Shown one piece after another: positions 50,001-62,226 of a stretch of 64,000 nucleotides of DNA. The notes beneath the pieces were generated by a model. That model saw only the letters and a program-made list of their open reading frames with translations, did no database searches and was not told where the DNA came from. Positions within the stretch are counted from its first letter, which is position 1; every line of letters starts with the position of its first letter. The position numbers and the translations under genes are program-made. Origin of the DNA: Lama glama (lineage: Eukaryota); assembly GCA_028534125.1 (NCBI GenBank), contig CM052818.1, positions 15,378,001 through 15,442,000 on the forward strand, given 5' to 3'.

Positions 50001-51329
50001 ACAATCCTTTATATTGACTACCCGGCTATACAATGCAGTGAGCTATTGAATTTTCTTATAAATTATAAAATCCTTATTAATCAAAACATGTTGGTGCTAA
50101 GCAGAGGATTAATTATTTGCTCTGAAAATTAAGGAAAGGGCATAGAGAAGAGAAAAAAGATATTAAATAGTGTGATAGTTCATTCTGTTTGGAATTAATG
50201 AGCATAGTGATCGCCTTATTTGAATTCCTGACCTTTACCATATTATCAAAATTCATTATGTGCACAAAAGGCTATGGAGATTTCAGATCCATTTATTACC
50301 GGCCTAGATGACTTGAGAAAATTATTGTAAACCTTTAGAAACTTTGTAATAAGGATTCTATGATGTCATTTAAACTTAGGGCATCTGGGCAGTGTCTTTA
50401 GGATTGACTTGGACAGTATGTACTTGGTTGTAATACGAAGTTGCAAACAAATTTCACTTCCAGTATTAAGGAAGATATGGTCACCCTTTTTGCAGAGTTT
50501 TTCATTTTATAGAAGAGATCTCTTCTGTTAGACCCATAGCACTTAGGACTTCTTACAGGAAGTGACATCTGCCACCGAATGTATATGTGAGAACAAAGGC
50601 CATGTTTCCCTCAGCTTCCTCTCACTGACAGAATCTAAGTAAACTGAACTTACAATTGGTAACCAAGAATTTATGAGTAAATGTCATGGCCCACTCCACT
50701 GTTAAGTGTTTAAAACCAAAAGGCTAAACATAAAATTAAATTTTGTTGAAAAGAAACCAGAATCATGCTGAGGTTCTTTGTATTGTAACTTAATCCTTTT
50801 GGCTCAAACTTTCATTCTTAAAAAGTGAAACAAGCACATGCAAGAATACAGACAATCTTCATTTCCACCTCTTTACATGCCAATAAATCCCTTTCTTCCT
50901 CCTCTGTACCCCTCCTGCAAAAGTAGCACATGAGTTTGAGCCTGACTTCTATGCTTCTGATTCAGATCTGAAATAGTTTCTGCGATCCAAGTGTAAATGC
51001 ACATGGGAGTTTCAATTTTATATTATAGATGTAGGAACGAAAGAATCACCTATATATTATCTCCACTAGATCTACATTAGATTTAATACTGTCAGTGGTT
51101 TTCTTTATACAATGCTATAGACTGGGAACTTATTGTTGTGACTACCAAAGAACAAAAATTTGGTTTTTCCAGAGATTAATTTCTTAGTTAACTTTCTCTA
51201 TAGGGCTCAACAGTATAAGTGAGAGAGGCTGTAGCAGTACCAGCTCGAACCCTGATAATGTTCTTTAGTGGAGCCACATCTATCAAAAGTATTAATATTT
51301 GCCCTGCTGTATTTCTGAGGTCAATAGTA

Positions 51330-51510
51330 ATACTAGTATTACTGATACTATTAGGACAATACTAATACTAATATTTATTAATATTTGAGAGCTACCTATG
51401 TGCAAGGCAATGTTCTAATCTCTTAACAGATATTACACCATTATAGCAAGCTAGTGAGCTAAGTAATTGTATTATCTCATTCCCTGGATGAGGAAATAAG
51501 GCATAGATCA
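51330..51510 (-). mobile_element. MIR with low-complexity tail
   Basis: 'gagagctacctatgtgcaaggcaatgttcta...attatctcatt...gatgaggaaataaggcataga'. Confidence 0.75.
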
Positions 51511-52324
51511 TCCAGTCTTACTGCTTCATGTCCTTTTTGAAAAGCATGTGTAGAAACTAATTATCCTGGTTAAGGCTAACCCAGGGCTCATGTGTCAGAG
51601 CCTGGACTTATCTTTCAGGAGGACAGACACATTTCAGCTTGAGAAAAATGAGGAAATTTTAGTATATTTCCTAAGGATGCTGATCTCATGATATGGGTTC
51701 TTAATAATATCAAATTAATTAATTTTGCTCTTTGCTCCAAACTATAAAATAAGTTTAATATTGTTAAGTAGTCCACTCGGCCAGCAGTCTTTAACTTAGG
51801 TTATAAACCAGAATGTTCTGTTCAGTGCTTAGGTCTACTCTTTAATATCACTTTAATTTTTTAAAGAATTTGTGTTGCCTGGATGTGGCTACTGTGCATA
51901 TTTTTCAAGACAATGCTGAATCTGAATAATGTAAACTTTGATTTTGTGGGGAAAATTGGATTTAATTTGAGCTTTTGACAAATGTACAGGAAATGCCAAC
52001 CTATCAGCTTGGTAGAACTATTTTTGTAAGTTAATTTTGTAAGACTTTTCACATTTAAAATGATGCTTCAGTTTTGTTTCCCTGTTTGGCCAATGGACTT
52101 GGTATGAAACTTGAATCTTTGTGGCATGTACAACTCAGATGTTTCTCATCAAAAAAAATTTTTTTTAAGTTAGGATCCTTCAGAATGAAAGGAAAACTGA
52201 TGTAGGAAACAAATTTGATGCTGAGATTTCCTCTAGGAAGGAGGTTACGTCTGGCTAATTTGGGGGTAGACCATGAATGAGACCTTCTGATAGTTCTTTT
52301 TGAAAGGGCATTTCTGCTCTTAAA

Positions 52325-52460
52325 ATTTTGGGACTCCAGAGTCCTGATTCTGTTTTTGTCTCTACCATGACTTTTGGGCAAGTTAAATTATCTGTGTTTC
52401 AGTTTCCCCTACCACAAAATGGAAGAAATGAAGATTAAATTACATCATCTTCAAGGCCTT
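52325..52460 (+). mobile_element. MIR fragment
   Basis: 'tgacttttgggcaagttaaattatctgtgtttcagtttcccctaccacaaaatgg'. Confidence 0.7.
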
Positions 52461-52577
52461 TTTCAATAATAAGTGGATCATTTTATTCTCTTCTAGGCAG
52501 AAAATAAGCCCAGATAAGCTTTACCCCAGTTTGAAGGGTAGAAAAACCCAATCTAAAATGACAGTGAGAAAAAAAGT

Positions 52578-52825
52578 GGCTAATATTTATTGAGCATTGG
52601 CTGTGAAGTCAAGCCTTGTTTAAGGGACTGGAGTATGTTCACTGATTCATTCCTTGTACAACACTGAGATATTGATACCCCTCCACTTAAAAAGGAGAAA
52701 GTAGAGGCATAGAGACATAGGGAAACTTGGGGAAGGTCTTGCAGCTCCTAAGGTGTGGAGCAGAGATCCCAAGCCAGTGAGCAGGACTCAAGGTCCCGGA
52801 GCCCGAGAGACAACAGTCCACCATC
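52578..52825 (-). mobile_element. MIR
   Basis: 'gctaatatttattgagcatt...ggagaaagtagaggcatagaga...gcagagatcccaagccag'. Confidence 0.7.
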
Positions 52826-53719
52826 CTAAAGGGGTTAGAATACTTCTGTGAAGCACGGTTTCTTCCCTGTGTTCTCATCGTCAGTAAGGGTAATGGGAAA
52901 TATGGAGACGTACTTCATGGCTGGAAAATCAACTCTAAATCTCTTTGGGGACTACTTTATCACTTTAAGTGATTTCTGAAACATTCTTCTTTCATGCTTA
53001 AGCAAGATGCTGATATAGTGTTATGTTCGCAGAAGTTGTAAAGTGTCTGTCAGGTTGGCATTATAGTGCTACCTTGGGCTTTTCCACTGTCCAACTCAAA
53101 GCAATATTTATATAAAAGATCACACAGGCTGAATTGCAAAGCCTTTCGCATTCAGGCCTCACTGGTGGCACTCGAGTGTGTCAGTTTCGAGCAGCCCTGG
53201 GCCATGGTGAATAGGTGGGGAAACAGAAGAAATGCTGCACAGATGTCTCTTCTTTGAGGAAATTAAAGTACAAAAATACAGTTCTTCAAGACATTTTATA
53301 GGAGGCATATCTTCATTTTAAGTGATGCCTTAGCTTTGTTTGTTACATAGTTTTCTTTAATATAGATATTTTGTGGCATTTGTCCATCCTTGTTTACAGA
53401 TTCTGAACCATTTTTAGCATCACATGGATTAAAAATTGAAAGAGAAATAAATAGCAACTGTGTTAGTCAGAGTCACTCAAGAGTGAGAGTGAAGCATGGC
53501 CTCACCCAGTTTTAGTGTAATTTATCATTGCATTTGGAGGACTCTCTTTAATGTGTCTATCTCCAGTGTTCTAACTGTCGGGCCAGAGAATCTGATTTTA
53601 AGAGAGATTTTCAAAAACTATTTTTAGGTAAAACAGTGGTGTAAGTTTGTTCTATTAAATTAGACACTTGGAGTACCTGTGGTGGGTGTGTTTTAATCTC
53701 CTCTTCCTCACCTCACTAG

Positions 53720-54187
53720 TGAAAGAGGGGTTCCCACCCCGTGGTTATGGGCATGGCTGAACCCATAGCACCTGACACTGGGCGGATGAGATCGACAAGA
53801 GTTTATTAATCCCGTATACTCGTTGCCCAGGGGAACAGGACACTACATGCCATGTAGGGCCACATGGAGGTTGCACTTGGGAACAGGGTGAACAGCCAAG
53901 GGCTGTTGAAAGCAGATTTTTTAATGTCAAAAGGATGTAATAGCCTCTGATTCCCATGGGAGGATGTGATTGTGTGTTGAATAATTCCGTGAGCTACAAG
54001 GGCACTCACTCCTCAGGGAAAGGGCAGGAACTGTGCCTGGTCCATTGATAAGGAAGGTTGTTTGGCTATGGACCTTACCTGTGAGAGTGGAGTGGGGACA
54101 GGGACGTGCAGTTAGGTCATTCGAGGCCTTTCTGGTTTGTCCAGATGTCCAGGCCCATAATATTAGGTCTTAACTTTAGACCTTACA
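53720..54187 (-). mobile_element. Solo ERV LTR, 468 bp (MER70/MER76-like; subfamily uncertain)
   Basis: TG...CA termini (TGAAAG / CTTACA) with CTAG on both sides (53716-53719, 54188-54191). AATAAA on the minus strand at 53782-53787. Confidence 0.8.
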
Positions 54188-54238
54188 CTAGGCACTGCTA
54201 AATTCAACCATTGCATTTAATGTCCAGGTCTTCCCTCT

Positions 54239-54702
54239 TGTATTAGTTTGCTTGGGTTACCATAAAAAACAAAAACAAAAACAAAGCAACCACATACGGG
54301 GTGGCTTAAAAAAAAGAGGTTTATTTTCTCCTGGTTCTGGAGGCTAGGTGTCCATAATGAATGTGGTAGCAAGTTCACTTTCTGGTGAGGGCGCTCTTTC
54401 CAACTTGTAAGTGACTGCTATTCTTACTATTTCTTCAATGGCTTTTCCTCCGTGTGGGCACATGGGAAGGGAGAGGGAGAGAGGGAAGGTGGAAGAAAGG
54501 GAAAGGGAATGAGCGAGAGTGAGCTGTCTCTGGTGCTTCTTCTGATAAGGACACTAGTCCTATCAGATTAGGGCCTCACCTTTATTGACCTCATTTTTAC
54601 CTGAATCACTTCCTTGAAGACCCCATCTCAAAACGCAGTCACACCAGGGTTTATGGCTTTGACATATGAGTTTGGGAGGATATAAACTTTCAGTCCATAA
54701 CA
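54239..54702 (-). mobile_element. ERVL-MaLR solo LTR (MLT1A/B-type)
   Basis: TGTATTAGTTTGCT...'gttctggaggctag'...'gataaggacactagtcctatcagattagggcc'...TTCAGTCCATAACA. Confidence 0.88.
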
Positions 54703-54999
54703 TCTCCTCCCTGTTTTTCAGTACTTCTTATGCTTTTCATAATCAATTAGTACCTCTTTCTTTTCTGATAGATTGAATCTTGGAATATTACTAGTAACTA
54801 CCATGGTATCTAGCACAAAATAGATTGTTTAAAATTTGTTGAATTGAGAGAGGAACTTGAATTTTGTTTAAGATAGTCCAACTTTCTTCCAAATTAATTT
54901 CTGAACATCGTTAGTTAAGCAAATATCAGATGTGGTCAGCACATTATAATTTTCCTTTTTTTTTCTTTTCCTGTCTTTACTGCTAAAAGGAACATTGAA

Positions 55000-55170
55000 C
55001 ATGGTGTTGGTTTTGATTCCTGGATCTCCTAGTACCTAATATTTGTGACATTTTTGAACTTCATCTGTAATGGGGAATCAACGATACTAACCCATCTCTC
55101 AGCCTGTGAAGATAAAATGAGAGCATGAATGTGAAAGTTCTTTATAAATTACAAATCACCATAGAAATGC
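55000..55170 (+). mobile_element. MIR fragment
   Basis: 'ttcatctgtaatgggga...tgtgaagataaaatgaga...tgtgaaagttcttt'. Confidence 0.6.
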
Positions 55171-55203
55171 AGGGTAGGATCTAAGAACACATTGCACAAT
55201 CTA

Positions 55204-55376
55204 CAGCAGCATTACTTCAACTGGATTTTTAAAGAATCTGGGGTGCTGTTGGAAATGTCAGTTCCATTGTCCTACATTGAATTTACTGAGTTATAGTATC
55301 CAGTGGGGCCCAGAAATTTGAATTTTAACAAAACCACAGGTGATTCTAATGTACATTAAAATCTGAGCTCCAGTGT
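55204..55376. mobile_element. MER5-type hAT-Charlie element
   Basis: 'ggggcccagaaatttgaattttaacaa...caggtgattctaatgtacattaaaatctgag'. Confidence 0.75.
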
Positions 55377-55557
55377 ACTCTGTTAACAAAGTTAGTTGAA
55401 ATGAATGAAATAAGTCCCTCAAGTTCACAAGGAGATAATAGCTTTTAATTGAAAACAAGTAAACAATGAAATTGCACATCTTCCCACAAACAGTAGGAAG
55501 GCCTTGAGAGTACTTGGTTTATACCATATATGTGCTCCATATTCAGAATGATGAATT

Positions 55558-55720
55558 TAGTGGTTCCCAAACTTGAATGATTTCAGAAACACATGAGAAC
55601 TTTACATATTTTACATTCCTGGGCCCCACTTCTGGAGAATTTGATTCAGTACGTCTGTGGTAGGGTCAGGAAATCTGTTTGTCAAATGCTCTTATGATGG
55701 TTAGAGGATCAGGGACCGGC
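55558..55720. mobile_element. MER5-type hAT-Charlie element
   Basis: 'tagtggttcccaaactt...ttcctgggccccac...tgattcagtacgtctgtggtaggg...gaaatctg'. Confidence 0.75.
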
Positions 55721-57502
55721 CGTTGAATTTTGGTAAAACTATATGATTATAAAGTCAACAGAATTTACAGTTTCTTCACTTAACTAACTTCTGATGTACC
55801 AGTATCAGTGTTGAATTTTGTAATATGACATTCATTAGTCTTGATACACAAAATATTGCTTCAGAAAAGTGACCCATCTTACTGTAGGCTTTGCTTCTTT
55901 TTGTTCAGCATTGGATTGTGCATCTATTTGAAATAAAGCCACTTTTTCTTTTGATTTAAGATAAGCAGTTGAAAGCAGCAGGCTCTGACAGAGCCTAGCA
56001 GTTCTGACTGAGTGAGTTTTGGCTTCCATAGTCTTACAGTTTTTATTTACTGTCCTCTGTTTGATCCTAAGGCTTGAGACAAAATCTGAATGCAAAACCT
56101 ATCACAAACCTATCTGAACACAAAACCTATTCAATGAAATAGATTCTTAATAGTCTTTATTCAACTTCAGAGAAGTGAATCTTAAGTACTTCAAGCTTGT
56201 ACCTACCCAAATACATAATATTATGTTTATGCTCAATAAATAATATGGAGATATTCAATTATTTGTCCACAGTGTACCCAGGGAATACACTAATTTAACC
56301 TTCTCGTTTAGGGGTATTACTCCTTACTTCAATGCTGACACATGTGCATGGGGGAACATTTTGTAGTTGATTGAAGCAACCCAAATGGTAATTGAAAAAT
56401 CAGGGTGGTAAAAAACCTTTTAAGGCTCTGTTGTAGATTGTTGTATGACTTAGGATTGCCTCTTCAGAGGCTTTTAGACAGTCTCTTGATTCTTAAAAGC
56501 AACCTAAAAGCTGGGAAGGACCTGTGTTACTTCCCATCCTTGAGAGAAGAAATAGAGATGGAATGACTAACCTATGATGGGTCATGGACTTAATTAGTGT
56601 CAGAAATTGTGCTGAAGCCTAAGTCTTCTGGCCATAGTTCACTTCTTACTGAACCAGGTGGGCTTGTGTATAAAATACATCCCATCCATATATGAAAAGA
56701 ATACTCTTGTTGAACTCATGAAAATGAGTTTAATGTGTTGGATCTTGTGACGATCAGTAGCCAAACAATTTTTCTACCTTCCCTAGTTGTAGTTTTGGTT
56801 TTCAGAAATTATTGGGAGCAAGAAAAGATTATACAACCCTGCCTAGTGTGTGTGCTTCTCAGAATTGCAGCCCGTAATTCCTCCTCTTTGGTCAATTTCT
56901 GGGAATGTGGTTGATGAGAACTTTATAGGTTTCTGAGAACAGAAATAATTTAAAGGCTCTAAATTATATTAGAGATTAATTTTAGATAAGGACAAGAAAG
57001 TATTTAGATCCATTAATGGAATTAGCTTCATGGAATCAACTAGATACATATAATGCTTCCTTGATACGTATTCATTAAAAAATAATGTAGAACACTGAAG
57101 CATAGACAATTATTGTTTTGAGAGCTTTGGACAATTTAAGAGCAATCTCAGTTTATTAGCATGTGTCTTTAAATTCATTTTTCTTTGTTATTGATTATGC
57201 TACATTGTAAAATTCTTCTTTTAGAAAAGGGTAAGCGCTATCTTAAGTCACAGGATACTTCAAGAGATCTTTCAGGTGAGAGGTAGTAAGAGGATTAGGG
57301 AAAAGAGTTAACTCTAACAAGATCTTTGCACTTCGATGGTACCAATAATCACTCTCATGTAAGTATTCCTCAGTCTGTAGTATTTGTTACAGCAGCCAAA
57401 GCAAACTAATACAATTACATATATACAAATACATATCCTCTTAACTTCTTCCCACCTTTTAAGGGGAATCTCTTGCAAGTCTATGCAAAATATTTATAGG
57501 AG

Positions 57503-58502
57503 CAGGGCTGGCTACTTAATTTCTGGGTTTCAGTGCAAAATGAAAATATGGAGCCCTTTGTTGAAAAAACAGGAATAAAGTGCCTTTTTAAGAAGAAATT
57601 GTAATACCTTTCTGGTACTGAAATATAAATATTTTTCTTCCATGGCTTGTCTTTCAACTTGCCATTGTAAATTTCTGAATAAAGAAAAATGAAAACATTT
57701 AAAATTATTAGCCTGCATTTTACTGTTCCTATTCATATTGTGCATTGCAGGTTTTGAATGCAGTTTTTTTTTTAAAAAAAGCATTTAACTTGTATGCAGA
57801 ATCACCAAATTTGCACAATTCTTGTTTTATAGTTAGCTTGTGCATATGTATTTTGTTATTATCAGAAGAGTAGAAACACCGCACGAAACTAATTCAGATG
57901 TTTTTATTTCACTTCTTGGTACACATCCAGTCGATCAATACTCAGCACCTATGGCTTTTCAATGTGTAATGAACGACTTAAAGGAACTCTGGGCTGCCTT
58001 GTCTTTTCCTTCTATGTCATCGTTTGCAGTGTAGAGATTGGCTAATGCATGGAAGTAACAGAAACAAGGAAGGATACAATAGGGCTCCCTGGTCATTTGT
58101 CTTCTTTCTGCACTTGAAGCAAGCTCTGGTTTGAGTTGAGAGCGTGGCCTCTTGGGGCTGTCGGCACCGCTGCTTACTCGGGAGTAGATGTACACATTTG
58201 CCTTATCCTTGCGTTGAGTCTTGCTGAACTCCCACACGTAGTGAGTCCACTGGAATTCTGTGCTCATGAGGCATGGCAAATTCTGTATGCAAAAGGAGTG
58301 GCAAGGACCAGGGACATGCGCCTTTCCCACTCTGCCCAAGTTCCAATATCCCATTGGACTTCTCTTACAAAACGCAAGCTCAAAGGTAAAATCATTAAGA
58401 ATCCAAGATGGCAACCTCAGGGTATTAAAACAATCATGAGAACCCTTTGAGCCAGGGACCCTGTATGTCTGCACAGGTCACATGCCCGCGGAGTCGGCAC
58501 GT
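57503..58502 (-). mobile_element. MER45B-type hAT-Tip100 DNA transposon, about 1 kb
   Basis: Left end CAGGGCTGGCTACTTAATT...cagtgcaaaatgaaaatatggagccc. Right end 'gggaccctgtatgtctgcacaggtcacatgccc...gtcggc'. Both match MER45 termini as remembered. Confidence 0.8.
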
Positions 58503-60374
58503 GTGGGTATGCGTGTGCCTGCATAAACATCCTGTGGTATGTTGCCGGCAAGAAGATGCAGACCCTTTTACAGATTGTTGAAGGAGTGTTTTACCTCACA
58601 AAATGATGGGAAGATACTGTTTTAGAAGGATTATAGTTCAGAAAAGAACCTTGTCACTCTGCGAGGAAGGTGGTAATTCTTATTTCTCTCCTCTTTCAAC
58701 AACCTCTTAAGGAACTGATACAAAGCAAGTGGATTGCTGGTGCCAATCACAGTGCATTAAAGGAGCCATCAAGTTTGGAACTACCTTTCTGAAGGTTTTA
58801 CTGAGAGGAAAGAGGGTGGTTATTCCAATAGAATAAAATATCTGAGCTAGAATGTCTTTCAGCTTAATTTTTGTATGTAAGGAAAAGGGGATATAGAAAG
58901 GACCTTTGCTGGAGAGCTTGCAGCTGCTTAAATGCATGTCCTGAGCATTGTCCTTTAGGGCTGTAAAGCTAGGTGAGAAAGGGACTCTCAGATGGCCAAA
59001 GGACACTCTCTTAAATATTTGAAAATAATGCTTTTGGCAAAAGCAGTCGCTGCTCAGCGATGAGCAACATCTTGGGTCACATGTGGCTGGCAAAATAAAT
59101 TACCTGCATCCTGCCTCATCACCTCTGTTAGGCATCGATACCACACCGTGTAAAAACGGGTGTTTTATGCAGGGAAGGGGCTCTAACATTTGTGTGCACC
59201 ATTCCAGAGTCTTTGCTGCTGGTGGATGCTGTGATAATTACACACAAATATTCATTCAGCCTGCCAACCATTTCTTTGTAATTGACAGTTTCTGACTCCT
59301 GGGCTCACTGGAGAATTGTACACTTGGTGCAGCCCAATAAAAGCCAGGAACAGTTTGTATACATTGCTCTGTCAGGCAGACACGGTTCTGGGATGTTGGA
59401 GTCGTTCATTACAGCCTTTGCTGCATCATCCCACACAACCCGAGCCAGGGTTCAGTTGCGTGAAGGATTGTTTTCAAGCTTTTAAAGTAAGATGGTTTGC
59501 ACTCTGAGATAGATGAGAAGCATGTTAGGATTTCATGATTCTAGCAATACTTTTCTTAGCCATTTAGCAGTGTGGAGTGGAGAAATTTTGTTAAAAAATT
59601 ATTAGCCAATTCATAGATTGAAACAAATTATTTACCTTTTTGATACTGTCCACTGGAAACTGAGAAAAACAGTACAGTAACAGTAGGTGGTACAATGCAA
59701 ATGACTTCTGTCTGAAACAGGGAAGGCAAGGTTGGGAATATTTAGAGGTGACTTTTTCCCTCTTAAGTTTTCAACTCAATGTAATGTCAGAAACACTCAA
59801 CATAATGTATCATCACTATTCAACAAACGAAGCAGTCCCTGTTTACAATAAAAAACATACGGTAATTTAGAAATATCAAAACACATGCTATAAACATTCT
59901 GGAACTGAAATATTTGTCTAAAGTCTTGTCTGATCAGTTGCATTTTATATGCTTTATCAAATATGCCTTTTCCTATGTGTCAGAAAATAAAGGCAAAGGC
60001 TACAAAGGAGTGCACGCCATCAGTGGCAGGGAAAGAGACAGACGGCCGACACATTGGAAACGGTGGTGCCACACCGGCTTTGCTGCCTGCCTTTTAAAAA
60101 ATTGGGGTAAATGACCTTACAGGTGTCCCATTTTCTCATAAGAGGTTTATTAATTTTTTTCTTTTATTATCGGTTATAATTTCAATCACATTTCCTCATT
60201 TGTATCTAGTCCAACCCCTCAAAATGCATGCTTATCATGAAGTGCCTTCCCAGGCATGCGCTATGAGCTCGAATAAAAAGCCTAGGAATGATTGTTGGCA
60301 GTTCTTTTTTTTCCTTCTAGGGCTTGCCATTTCTGCTCTATTTTTGTCATAGTCTGCCAAGATCCCTTTGAAGA

Positions 60375-60610
60375 AGGAGATGTTTATGATAGCAGAGTGG
60401 CTAAGATCGATCACCTTAGAGGCTAGGGGATCGACACCGACTACACTGACTCCTGCCTCCCCGCCCCTCCTGGAGCATCAGGGGTGCCTCTGTAAAAGGC
60501 TGTTCATACTTCATACCTCACAGGATTGCTTTGAACTTTGCATGAGTTAATATACATCCTCAGCACCATGCTGCCTCACGTTACTGACAACTATAATTGT
60601 ACTATTATAA
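60375..60610 (+). mobile_element. MIR
   Basis: 'tctgtaaaagg...atacctcacaggattgctttga...atgagttaata'. Confidence 0.6.
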
Positions 60611-61130
60611 ATAGAAAGCAAGTTTTTAATTTTAAAAAGTTTATAAATTGCATAAAATGTTCCCCAAAACTTTCTATGGCGTACTCTGTAAGCGGTCACC
60701 TGACTTTACGATCTCAATCTGTCTCATGCTGCTTCTGAAAGTGGCCCTTGGCTTCTTTTCCCCTTAGTGTCTTCCTGCCTCTTATTTTTGTATCCCCCAT
60801 ACGTAAACCTGTTTTCCTTTTCCTAATACAGTGCGTGATCTTGTTTAAGACGGTTCAAGATCGGTGCCCTTCGGTGAGTCTGCACTGGTTGGGTCATTCG
60901 GCAGCGACCATTCCTGACTTCCATGCTCTGAGCCCTTCCTTAGGGGACCTGTTGTTTCTTAATGTGCTTGTATGTGTGGTAGCTTTCTGTGGTGTGCTTA
61001 AGTAGATTAGAAGTTTCAAAGGGCTACTGTTTTCTCCATTATACCTGTTAAAACAGTGCCAAATCTCTCTCTCTCTCCACAAATATGGCACTTAATAAAT
61101 ACTTGCTAAACAAATAAACTACCATCAGCA

Positions 61131-61753
61131 TGTTGCCAAAACGTGGCCTCTGTACCCTGCTTACCAAATTGAGATTCGAGGACACGGTTTTGGATGAAGT
61201 AGAAAAGACAGCTTTATTTCTTTGCCAGGCCAAGGAGATTGCAGCGGGCTAATGCCTGTAAGACTGGGCCTGCCAGGGAGAGAAAGCAGGAGGTTTTATG
61301 GTAAAAGTTTAAGAGTTCAAGGGGGCGGAGCCAGTTTCCATAGAGATCATATCCAGAATAACCAGTTTGTTCCAGAGTTACTCCTGTTTTTGCAGATGCA
61401 GTGGTCCCCTTCCCTCTGCTGGGGATGATCACCTCTGGCTTTGGGATTTTCTTAACATTCTTGTACCTAGAACAAAGGATGCATAGGAAGGTGCTCCTTG
61501 GAAAAGAGCTCTAGAGAAAAACTTCAGCAGTTTAAAGTCAAGCTGATAAATGCTTTTAGCCTTTCAAGTAGGCTAAGGCCTGGGATCTGCCGCTGCAGGC
61601 GGGCCACCCAAGCCTCCCTCCTCTCCACCCCGACCGTGGTCCACAAGAGCAGGAAAAAAAACTTTTAAACCATTATACAGTTAAGCAGTTAAAAATACCA
61701 TTACAGATACCAGATGGTCACCAGTGATGATAATAGGGTCCTGCTCGGTTACA
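61131..61753 (-). mobile_element. Solo ERV1-type LTR, 623 bp
   Basis: TG...CA termini (the minus strand reads TGTAACCGAGCAGGACCCT...GGCAACA). Perfect 4-bp TSD AGCA (61127-61130, 61754-61757). Minus-strand AATAAA at 61213-61218. Confidence 0.88.
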
Positions 61754-62010
61754 AGCATGCCTCAAACTCAGAGTTAGAATGAAATAATTTCAGTTTGGAA
61801 ATCTGGTTTTTATTGTACATTGTTATCCTTCTATCTCCCTGCCTCAGTGCTTCTGTATATGCTATTTAGAGTGTTTTCAATTATAACGATGTAAAACTGC
61901 ATTTGAGGGCATTTTATATTACTTGTTTTTAAACATCTTAATACCAATGTGTAAACACTAAATTATTGGCGATTCCTCTGCTGTCAAACCTCAGATGTTC
62001 ACCATCTAGA

Positions 62011-62226
62011 CTGGGATCAGCAAATGTTATCTGTTAAAAGCTAGGCTCAGATAATACATAGCTTAGACTTTGGTGGCCACACACAGTCTTCATTGTCGCA
62101 TATTCTTTGTTGCTGTTGTTTTTGTTTGTTTTAGCTTTAGTTTTAACAGCCCTAACAACATGCAAACAATTTTTAGCTTACCGTACAAAACAAAACAGGA
62201 CTGCAGGCCACGGTTTGTGACTCCTG
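62011..62226. mobile_element. MER58-type hAT-Charlie element
   Basis: Termini CTGGGATCAGCAAA / GTTTGTGACTCCTG. TCTAGA, the Charlie target preference, lies on both flanks. Confidence 0.75.

Noticed and set aside
57959..58474. Longest ORF (171 aa) and overlapping 104-aa ORF
   Set aside because: Both lie inside the non-autonomous MER45-type element and show no transposase motifs.
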